A stretch of DNA of 64,000 nt from NCBI GenBank assembly GCA_965277285.1, contig OZ255721.1, forward strand, positions 3,104,001-3,168,000, given 5' to 3'. The stretch comes from Abditibacteriaceae bacterium (GTDB taxonomy: Bacteria > Armatimonadota > Abditibacteriia > Abditibacteriales > Abditibacteriaceae). The stretch's first letter is position 1; each line of letters begins with the position of its first letter. Under the pieces are notes generated by a model that worked only from the letters and a program-made list of their open reading frames with translations, searched no databases and was not told the DNA's origin. The position numbers were made by a program, and so were the translations under genes. Below, piece after piece: positions 17,993 to 25,939 of this stretch.

Positions 17993-19273
17993 ATGAGAAA
18001 GTTTTCGCTCCTCTTTATCTTCTTAGTAATATTTGGTGCGCGTGTTCAAGCGGCGACGGTGACTTTTGCGGGAAGTGTCCTTAATGGTTCCGTAGGCGAT
18101 CGCGCGACGCCAGGCGCGACCGTGCAATTGCTTCATGTCAGTCCCGAAGGCGCGAGCCACGACCTGGCGACAGTCAAGACCGATGCGCAGGGACGTTTCA
18201 AGACAAAACCTTTAAGTGTCGCACCGGCTGATTTGATTTTCGCGCGCGTCGATTGGGGCGGCTATCCGTATATTACGCCGGCTTACGATGGCGCGGGGCG
18301 CACTGGCAGCACGATTGATCCGGCCAATTTGCGCTTGCACATTTACGATACGAGCGAAACGGCGCCGCCTGGCATGACGTTTGTGGCGCATCATATCGCC
18401 TTGAAAGACGACGGCGATAATCTGAAATGCACCGAGCGCATCGTCGTTGATAATCCCTCGAACAAAACGTATATCGGAGTGGAGAGTCAGGGCGGGATTA
18501 CACTGGGTTTGTCGCTGCCTAAAGGCGCCAAGAACGTCGAAATCGATCCGTCGATTGCGGACGCAAAATTGATTAAAATTGGCAAGAAACCGATTTACGC
18601 AGTTTCCAAGCCGATTACGCCAACCATTGATGGTGGCCCGATTGGAAACGCGATCATCGTCAATTATTCATTGCCGTGGAGCAAAAGCGTGGATTTGTCG
18701 CGCGAATTGCTGTATCCTGAAAAGTTCTTTTTCGTGGTGCGCGAGGAAGCCGACAAAGACAAGATTCTGGTCGATGCGCCGCTGCTGGGCAAAGACGAAG
18801 TGCAACAAATTCCGATTAACGGGCAAATGCAAAATCGTGTCGTGAAGTCGATTGGTTTGCCGCAAAGCGATACGCCGGTTTTGATGGCCGGACAGCGCAT
18901 GGAGATTCACGTTTCGCGGCCTGTTTCCACCATGATGTGGGGATTTATTGGTTTGACCGCCGCGTTGTGCATTTTTCTGCCGACCTTGATGATTCTGGGA
19001 CGACGCAAAACGGCGCCTATCGAGTACTCGAATGGCGTTTCTACGGCACGAAAAAGCGCGGAACCGCACGGTCAAGCAAGCGTTTACAGCGTCATTCATT
19101 CGCCGGGCCATTCCGGTCAGGATAAAGAAGTTGCCTCGTTGATCGAACAATTGGCCGCTTTGGATGACGATTGGGACGCCGGTCGCATCGAAGCGCAAAC
19201 GTATCAAGCGCGACGCGCGCAGTTGAAACAGCAAGTCGTGGAGCAAATGCAAAAAACAGCGGAAAGCGTTTAA
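17993..19273 (+). CDS. Exported membrane-anchored protein with carboxypeptidase-regulatory-like domain (ccm cluster)
   Basis: Signal peptide, KTDAQGRF, C-terminal TM and LAALDDDWDAGRI motif. Confidence 0.65.
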   Translation: MRKFSLLFIFLVIFGARVQAATVTFAGSVLNGSVGDRATPGATVQLLHVSPEGASHDLATVKTDAQGRFKTKPLSVAPADLIFARVDWGGYPYITPAYDGAGRTGSTIDPANLRLHIYDTSETAPPGMTFVAHHIALKDDGDNLKCTERIVVDNPSNKTYIGVESQGGITLGLSLPKGAKNVEIDPSIADAKLIKIGKKPIYAVSKPITPTIDGGPIGNAIIVNYSLPWSKSVDLSRELLYPEKFFFVVREEADKDKILVDAPLLGKDEVQQIPINGQMQNRVVKSIGLPQSDTPVLMAGQRMEIHVSRPVSTMMWGFIGLTAALCIFLPTLMILGRRKTAPIEYSNGVSTARKSAEPHGQASVYSVIHSPGHSGQDKEVASLIEQLAALDDDWDAGRIEAQTYQARRAQLKQQVVEQMQKTAESV

Positions 19274-19312
19274 CAAATAGTTGTGAAGAAACCGTGAGAA
19301 AGGGAAGAAGAA

Positions 19313-19816
19313 ATGCCGACACGAACATCTCAGAAGACAAGTGACAATAACAGCGCGAGCAGCAATAGCGCGCCTGAAAACGGTGCCAATATGGAAGCGT
19401 CCGCCCGGGAAGCTAAAGTTGTGGAAAGCAAGAACGGCAAAACGAAAATGGCGAACAAGGACATCGAATATTTTCAAGATTTGCTGTTGGCCGAGCGCGT
19501 GCGCTTGGAAGAAGAGCGCGAGCAAATTCGTAGTCGCTCCGGTTCCGTCGATGGCGCCTTGCCCGAAGAAGGCGAGGGCGGCGACGAAGACACCGCAGAT
19601 TTGGCGTCGGCGATGATGGATAAAGAAATGGATTTGTCGGTCGAAGACGAAATCGAAGATTTGCTGGGTGCTGTCGATCACGCTTTGCAGAAGATTAAAG
19701 ATGGCACTTACGGCATTTGCGATATGTCGGGCGAAACGATCCCCAAAGCGCGCCTGGAGCTGATTCCGTGGGCCGCTTTGACCGTTGAATGTCAAGCCCT
19801 TGCCGAAGGTCAGTAA
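19313..19816 (+). CDS. dksA: TraR/DksA family transcription factor
   Basis: Coiled coil with DTADLAS tip; ALQKIKDGTYGIC..GETIPKARLELIPWA. Confidence 0.85.
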   Translation: MPTRTSQKTSDNNSASSNSAPENGANMEASAREAKVVESKNGKTKMANKDIEYFQDLLLAERVRLEEEREQIRSRSGSVDGALPEEGEGGDEDTADLASAMMDKEMDLSVEDEIEDLLGAVDHALQKIKDGTYGICDMSGETIPKARLELIPWAALTVECQALAEGQ

Positions 19817-19867
19817 TGGTGAAGGTCAGTAATGGTGAAAGTCAATAATCAGGAAAGTCAAAATCGT
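19805..19867 (+). repeat. 16-bp tandem repeat (2 perfect plus 2 degenerate units) duplicating the dksA stop region
   Basis: gaaggtcagtaatggt x2, then gaaagtcaataatcag and gaaagtcaaaatcgt. Confidence 0.75.
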
Positions 19868-19909
19868 GAAGGTTGATAGCCGCTGTTGATCGAGTACTCG
19901 AAACTAAGC

Positions 19910-19946
19910 AAAGCGCCGCGCAATTCGTCTTGCGCGGCGCTCTTGT
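19910..19946 (+). terminator. Intrinsic terminator after dksA
   Basis: agcgccgcgcaa-loop-ttgcgcggcgct followed by a T-rich tract. Confidence 0.65.
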
Positions 19947-20042
19947 TTGCCTGTTTGACGTTGAAAGTTGCCGTCGCAACGCAGACCAGAGACAATAGGC
20001 TTATGTCTTGGCAACGGTTCTAAACGCAAGGTTTCTTTTTTG

Positions 20043-20750
20043 ATGAAGGCTTTTCGCTATTATTTCTGGACGATGGGCGAACCGTGGAACAGCATTCGTT
20101 CCTGGGCGCTACCGCAATTGCTGCGCATTCTGCATTCGCTTTTGATGTGCACACTGCGCATCAGTACGTCGGGCGTGAAGAACTCGATCATTGCCATTAG
20201 CCAGCCGCAGGGCGTCATTTTTGTGACGTGGCACGACCTGACTTTGATGCCGTTGCACTTGTTCCGAGATAAAAATGTCGGCGTGATGATGAGTCATTCG
20301 CGTTCGGGACAAATGCAGGCGGCGTTCTGGCGACTTTACGGCTGGCCGACGTTGTGGGGTTCGACCAAAAAACGTGAGGGCATTCGGGCTGTGCGCGAAA
20401 TGTTGCATTTGTTGCGGGGCGGACAATCGTTCGCTTTTACGCCGGATGGTCCCAAAGGGCCGCGACATCAGGCGTATCCTGGCGTGATTTATATGGCGTC
20501 CAACGCGCCCGCCAAACTGTTGCCGCTGGGCGTCGCGGCTTCGTCTTATTGGCGTCTGCCAACGTGGGACAAATATCTCATTCCCAAGCCTTTCGCGCGT
20601 GTTCACGTTCACATCGGTGACGGAGTCGAATTGCCGACAAATCTTTCGCGCGAAGAAACTGCGCAGTGGCAAGAGCGCGTGAAAATCATGATCGATGAAG
20701 CTTCCGCCGAAGCCGCGCGCCATTTGCAAGTGAAGCGTAGTAATTCGTAG
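20043..20750 (+). CDS. DUF374 / lysophospholipid acyltransferase family protein
   Basis: FVTWH, SHSRSG, FTPDGPKGP, WDKYLIPKPF motifs. Confidence 0.88.
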   Translation: MKAFRYYFWTMGEPWNSIRSWALPQLLRILHSLLMCTLRISTSGVKNSIIAISQPQGVIFVTWHDLTLMPLHLFRDKNVGVMMSHSRSGQMQAAFWRLYGWPTLWGSTKKREGIRAVREMLHLLRGGQSFAFTPDGPKGPRHQAYPGVIYMASNAPAKLLPLGVAASSYWRLPTWDKYLIPKPFARVHVHIGDGVELPTNLSREETAQWQERVKIMIDEASAEAARHLQVKRSNS

Positions 20751-20987
20751 ATTTGAGTACTCAATGTCAGGTTTTGCAACTCTGTAAGAGCGAGTTGGCG
20801 CTGGCCAACGGCGCCCGCCCATCAATGAGCGGGCTGAGCAGCAAAGCACCATAAATGGCGCTGATGCGCCACGCTTGAGGCCGCTTTAGCAGTCTTATGT
20901 ATTTAGCCCGTTTATTTATGGGTGGGCAGGTTCGCACTTCGGTCGAACGTATTGTTAGCTTTAACGAACTTTTGAACAGCAATTTTT

Positions 20988-22319
20988 ATGACTTCAACTC
21001 GTGAGCAAAAGCAGCTTCAGGCGGCGCGGCGCATTTTTGAACATCTGGCGACTTCGCTCGATGCCAGGTTTTCCGTCAAATTGTGGGACGGAACCATCAT
21101 CCCGTTGGGAAAAGAAGCCGACCCGAAGTTCTATGTTTCGATCAGCGGGCCGGGCGTTATCGGTTCGATTTTGCGACGCCCGACATTGGACAACCTGCTG
21201 CGCCATTACGCGTCCGGCGCGCTCGACTTCGCGGGTGGCGACCTCATCGAGTTCGGCGAAGTGGCGCGTTCCAAGCGTTCGCGGACGCGCTTGCGCGGTT
21301 TCAGCAAAGGTTTTCTGCTTCGTCAAGCGTTGACGCTTTTGCTGACGCCGCCCGACAAAGCCGAAATTGCGCACGGTTTTGGTTCGGATGTGACGGGACG
21401 GCAGGAAGCGCGCCGCAACAACAAAGACTTCATTCAGTTTCATTACGACGTGAGCAACGAGTTTTATCAACTCTGGCTCGACCCGGAAATGCAGTACTCG
21501 TGCGCTTATTTCCGCGATTGGAACAATTCGCTGGAGCAGGCACAATTGGACAAACTGGAAATGATTTGTCGCAAACTGCGCTTGAAACCCGAAGAAAAAA
21601 TGCTCGACATCGGTTGCGGCTGGGGCGGCTTGATTTGCTACGCGGCGCAACATTATGGCGTCCACGCGCACGGCGTGACGCTGTCGCAGGAGCAACACGA
21701 TTTCGCGCGCGACAAAATCAAGCGTCTGGGTTTGGAAGATCGCGTCACGGTCGAATTGCGTGATTATGCCGAAGTGACCGGCGTTTACGACAAGATTTCC
21801 AGCGTCGGAATGTTCGAGCACATCGGCATCGCCAACTTCCCGACGTATTTCACCAAAGTCAATGAACTGCTGCGCGACAAAGGCGTTTTTCTCAATCATG
21901 GCATCACGCGCCGCGCCAAAGCCGATAAGAAAAACTTCAAGAAAATCACGCCCGCCAAAAGCCTGATTTTGAAACACATTTTTCCAGGTTCCGAACTCAG
22001 TCACGTCGGTCACGTTCAGGAAAGCATGGAAGCGTGCGGCTTTGAAATCCACGATGTCGAAGGTTGGCGCTGGCATTATGGTCTGACGACGCGCGAATGG
22101 TGCCAGCGTTTATCGGCTCGCCGCGAAGAAGCGATTGCCCTCGTCGGCGCCGAACGCTATCGTTTGTGGGTCGCGTATCTGGCGGCTGTCAGCTTCAATT
22201 TTCAGGATGGCCCGCTGCGTTTGTATCAAATTGTCGCCACCAAACACGCCGCTAAAGGCTCTTCGGAAATGCCGCCAACGCGTCAGGATTTATACGTGCG
22301 CAACGGCGAAGTTTGGTAA
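20988..22319 (+). CDS. cfa: Cyclopropane-fatty-acyl-phospholipid synthase family methyltransferase
   Basis: IQFHYDVSNEFY, YSCAYF, LDIGCGWGG, SVGMFEHIG. Confidence 0.92.
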   Translation: MTSTREQKQLQAARRIFEHLATSLDARFSVKLWDGTIIPLGKEADPKFYVSISGPGVIGSILRRPTLDNLLRHYASGALDFAGGDLIEFGEVARSKRSRTRLRGFSKGFLLRQALTLLLTPPDKAEIAHGFGSDVTGRQEARRNNKDFIQFHYDVSNEFYQLWLDPEMQYSCAYFRDWNNSLEQAQLDKLEMICRKLRLKPEEKMLDIGCGWGGLICYAAQHYGVHAHGVTLSQEQHDFARDKIKRLGLEDRVTVELRDYAEVTGVYDKISSVGMFEHIGIANFPTYFTKVNELLRDKGVFLNHGITRRAKADKKNFKKITPAKSLILKHIFPGSELSHVGHVQESMEACGFEIHDVEGWRWHYGLTTREWCQRLSARREEAIALVGAERYRLWVAYLAAVSFNFQDGPLRLYQIVATKHAAKGSSEMPPTRQDLYVRNGEVW

Positions 22320-22343
22320 AGAACGAGTACTCGATAAAACATA

Positions 22344-22381
22344 AAAAGCGCGGCGAGATTGGTTTCTCGCCGCGCTTTGTT
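22344..22381. terminator. Bidirectional terminator hairpin
   Basis: aaagcgcggcgaga-loop-tctcgccgcgcttt between convergent genes. Confidence 0.7.
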
Positions 22382-22390
22382 GTAACGCTT

Positions 22391-22753
22391 TTAGAACATC
22401 CCGGCGCTGGCATAAGCGGCTAAGGCGAGAGCTGCTATGAAGCAAAGAATGGCAGCGATGATGATGAATAGCCAGCCGCAGCCTACAAACAAAATCAGGT
22501 TTTCTTCTTGCAAAAACCAATTGGTAACTTTGCGCCAGCCGCGAAAATTATCATTCAAAAACGGATCGCCTGCGCCCCAATTCACTACTGGTTTGCCGTT
22601 TTTGTTCGCTTCTGTCGAAGGACGAAGGTCAGCATACTGGTTGATGACCTCAGCAATACGAGGCGCGCTCATCACCTGGCCGCACGCGTAACAAGCGCAA
22701 TTCGTCGAGGAATTGCGCACCATGCAATGTGGACAAAGGACGAAGGTCGCCAT
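22391..22753 (-). CDS. Hypothetical protein with N-terminal zinc ribbon and C-terminal TM helix
   Basis: CPHC...CYACG; hydrophobic C-terminus; ATG directly follows a palindrome copy. Confidence 0.6.
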   Translation of the reverse strand: MATFVLCPHCMVRNSSTNCACYACGQVMSAPRIAEVINQYADLRPSTEANKNGKPVVNWGAGDPFLNDNFRGWRKVTNWFLQEENLILFVGCGWLFIIIAAILCFIAALALAAYASAGMF

Positions 22754-22789
22754 TCGAGTACTCGATTCGCCGTTTACCGACTTTACCGT

Positions 22790-24274
22790 TTATGGATGTG
22801 GGCGATAAAAGTCGCTGGACAGTTTCTCGGTTGTTTCGCCCGTTGAGGTTTTGATGATGCGAAATGCCTCCGAGCGCGTGCCATTTTTGCGCGATAAAAC
22901 GTGCGACGCGATTTCGATTTGGTTTGAAACCGGCTGCACGCCATACAATTCGACGTGGAAGCGGTCGTTGCGCAGATAAGTGCGCACGTAAATCGGGCCG
23001 GGCGTGTTGTTGCGGAAGCGGAAATCTTTGCTGCCCCAGTAAATTGTGGCGTCGCGCGAGGCGGGCGCATACGAGACGCGAAAAGTGTGCGGATGGCGCT
23101 CGATAATCGGCAGTCCGGCCAGGAGCGCCGCGTTATAAAGCGTCGAAGCGCACTGGCAAATGCCCGAACCGACGCCGTCCACGACTTGACCGTCCATAAA
23201 CATTTTCGCTTCTTTCCAACCGTTGGCTTCGTCGCGGCGTCCAATCGCCAGGTTCGTCGAAAACACTTTGCCCGGCTGAACAATGGTTCCATCGACATTG
23301 CGCGCCGCCAGTTTGAGGTTCGTCGTGCGTCCTGCGATGCTCGAATCGTACGGCGTCGAAAATTCAGCCAGCAAATACGGCGTTTTCTTCAAAAACGGCT
23401 TGTCGCTGGCGTTTCGAGTACTCGATTCGGGCGTTTTGTTGACTGGTGTCGAATCGACATCCAAGTCGACGGCGACGCGCGGCGGGCGCGATTCCAAAGC
23501 CTGACGAATACGCTGCGCCGAACCACCGACCGAAAGCGTCAGTCGCTGCGAACCGCGCGCGAGCGTTCCACCGACCGGCACGATGCCATCGCTGTGACCA
23601 TTGGTGACGCGGTTGACCTGCAACGATAAGGTTCGCAAAGTGCGCGTTGTTTTGTCGGTGTCGACATCGAAGCGCAGCGGAATATCGCGTCTGGTGCGGC
23701 GCGCTTCCAGAATGAGAGCCGCCAGAGGCGCCATCGCGCCCAGCTCGTCGCGGCGCAACATCCAGGTTTTTTGTCCATCGGACAACGCGACCGGAGCGCG
23801 CAACTTCGCTTCGAGTACGCGACGCAATCTCAAGAACGCCTCGCGGTCGCTCAAGCCTTCGATGCTGACGCCGCCAACGCTGGCGCCTTTGGCATTGGAA
23901 GAATTATCGCGCGCCAGATCATCATTCGGACGCGCAGGAATCGGTGCGATTTGCGGCAGCGGCCCGGCGCCGGAGGAAGTATTCGCGTTCGCATTATCGG
24001 TGGCATCGACGTTTGGCGCGTTGCGGCGCAGCGGAATATCGACGTTCGGCGGCGCGATATACGGCGCATCGGCGTCATCGTTGTTATTGGACGCGGTTTG
24101 CGGCGCCGGATTCGGTTTCGACTGGGGCGCGCTGGCTTTTTGTCGCGCTGATGCTTGTGGCGCTGGTGCGGGCAATGGTAACGACGGCGCAGCTTCTGCG
24201 CGCATCGTAAAAGACAACGGCGCAACGGCGAAAGTGGTGGCAACGAGAACGCGGAGGAATGACGAACGCTTCAT
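22790..24274 (-). CDS. VanW family protein (secreted)
   Basis: RTTNLKLAA, GVGSGICQCASTLYNA, ERHPH, RDATIYWG..DFRFRN. Confidence 0.9.
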   Translation of the reverse strand: MKRSSFLRVLVATTFAVAPLSFTMRAEAAPSLPLPAPAPQASARQKASAPQSKPNPAPQTASNNNDDADAPYIAPPNVDIPLRRNAPNVDATDNANANTSSGAGPLPQIAPIPARPNDDLARDNSSNAKGASVGGVSIEGLSDREAFLRLRRVLEAKLRAPVALSDGQKTWMLRRDELGAMAPLAALILEARRTRRDIPLRFDVDTDKTTRTLRTLSLQVNRVTNGHSDGIVPVGGTLARGSQRLTLSVGGSAQRIRQALESRPPRVAVDLDVDSTPVNKTPESSTRNASDKPFLKKTPYLLAEFSTPYDSSIAGRTTNLKLAARNVDGTIVQPGKVFSTNLAIGRRDEANGWKEAKMFMDGQVVDGVGSGICQCASTLYNAALLAGLPIIERHPHTFRVSYAPASRDATIYWGSKDFRFRNNTPGPIYVRTYLRNDRFHVELYGVQPVSNQIEIASHVLSRKNGTRSEAFRIIKTSTGETTEKLSSDFYRPHP

Positions 24275-24390
24275 AAATGTTCCTGCGGAAAAGCAACGAA
24301 ATAACAAGTTTGTCTGGGCATTGAACATTTCAACGGGATGTTCGCGGATGCCAGACGCACAACTTCGAGACGTGTTTCCTCAAGTATAAT

Positions 24391-24576
24391 GAAGCGACTC
24401 TCGGACGCGCTGCGTTTGGGCGCCTTCGATAACTGGAGTTTCTCTGACGCGCAATCGAGTATTGGAACGCTGAAGGCAAACCGGTGACAGTGTTTGTAAG
24501 AAATACGTCTACACGATGTGACCTTTTGAGTAAAGCGAAAACTCAGTCAGTCGCGTTCTCCGCTTCACTCAAAAGA
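24391..24576 (+). ncRNA. Candidate structured non-coding RNA (family unassigned, strand uncertain)
   Basis: End-to-end pairing (gaagcg/cgcttc, ggacgcg/cgcgttc) enclosing three hairpins; TATAAT at 24385-24390; no ORF. Confidence 0.35.
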
Positions 24577-24603
24577 ACGGATTGGCGAACAGCGCCAGCC
24601 TTT

Positions 24604-25479
24604 CTATTGCAAATGTAGCGGTTCTATGCCGGCTTTGGCGAAGGTGCCAAAAACGGCTTGCGCGGCTTGAGTTGCGGCTTCGGCGGGCGACAATTTCTTC
24701 AAATCGTCGCTGAAAGTTTCGACTGCGACCGGCCCGTCGTAGCCAATGGCGGCGAGAGTTTGCATAAACGCGTTCAAGTCGATGATGCCTTGGCCGGGCA
24801 GCAGGCGCGTGAAATCCTGCTGTTGGTCAAGCGGCACATTCGGCGCGTCGTTGATGTGAACGTGAACGACCTGCTCAATCGGAATTGACGCCAAATCCAT
24901 CGTCGTGCCGCCGGACGTGAACCAATGAAAACAATCGACCAGCAAGCCGATATTTTCCAGCGTGTAATCTTCTTGAATTTGCGCGACAACATTGAGCGCG
25001 CCCGGAATATCGTAAAACCAGACGTTGTTGGGGTCAGCGCGAAAATGCGCCGGGCCGATGAACTCCAATCCCAGACGAACGCCTTGTTCGCTCAAGACGC
25101 GCCCGATTTCGCCAAAGCGACGAACCGAAGTTTGCGCATATTGAGCGACGGGAACGCCGCCGTCCGGCAAAATGTAGGTTGTGCAACGCGTGCAATCCAA
25201 ATCCTGCGCGAGTTTGGCGAGTTCGGGCAATCGGGCTAAATCGGCTTGAAAGGTGTCTTCATCCTTGCGCCATTCGACGGGCAGGCCGAACACGACCGGC
25301 AAGATTTTCGGTGTTTCAAAAATCGCCGCCACTTCTTCAAACGACGTTCGCGCGACCAGTTGTGCGGCTTCGACAATCGAGTACTCGACGCCGACGAAAC
25401 CGTTTTGCGCCGCCAGTTGTACGAATTGCGGCAAAGCCAGACCGCGACCTGCTGTTGCGCCATTAAGTGTTGGAATCAT
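24604..25479 (-). CDS. Sugar phosphate isomerase/epimerase (xylose isomerase-like TIM barrel)
   Basis: RLGLEF, DCFHW, HVHIND, RLLPGQG, GYDGPVAVE. Confidence 0.88.
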   Translation of the reverse strand: MIPTLNGATAGRGLALPQFVQLAAQNGFVGVEYSIVEAAQLVARTSFEEVAAIFETPKILPVVFGLPVEWRKDEDTFQADLARLPELAKLAQDLDCTRCTTYILPDGGVPVAQYAQTSVRRFGEIGRVLSEQGVRLGLEFIGPAHFRADPNNVWFYDIPGALNVVAQIQEDYTLENIGLLVDCFHWFTSGGTTMDLASIPIEQVVHVHINDAPNVPLDQQQDFTRLLPGQGIIDLNAFMQTLAAIGYDGPVAVETFSDDLKKLSPAEAATQAAQAVFGTFAKAGIEPLHLQ

Positions 25480-25564
25480 AAATCATTTTTCCTTTTTATT
25501 TAACCCGATTTGCTGCGCTCGGAATGACACGCTTTTCCTTTCGCACGTTTTCTTCAAGTTTGAC

Positions 25565-25939
25565 TTATGCAGAAGGTCTGTTCAAAATCTGACGAATCCA
25601 TTCACCGGCAATTTGTGCATCTTTTGTGACACGATCACCAATATGATAAACGCCTGGCCCTTTTTCAGAAATTGTGACGAATAAGGCGCGAAGGTCATTA
25701 GAAACTTCGTTGTAGTTTTTGATGTCTTTTTTGAAAAAGCCCAAATGGACATGGGATGTGCATATCCAATGATCGGGAGCGTCAACTTCATCCTCAAGAT
25801 AGCGAATCAAAGCGAGCATTGCGTTTACATCTCGCACGTATGTCTCATCGCCACCGCCAGAAAAATCCCGTTCGTAAATTTCGCTGAAGCGGCCACTTCT
25901 CTTAGCTCCTCCTTGAAACGAAATCAAAGAAAGTTTCAT
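25565..25939 (-). CDS. Hypothetical protein
   Basis: ATGA overlap with the upstream gene; lower GC. Confidence 0.5.
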   Translation of the reverse strand: MKLSLISFQGGAKRSGRFSEIYERDFSGGGDETYVRDVNAMLALIRYLEDEVDAPDHWICTSHVHLGFFKKDIKNYNEVSNDLRALFVTISEKGPGVYHIGDRVTKDAQIAGEWIRQILNRPSA

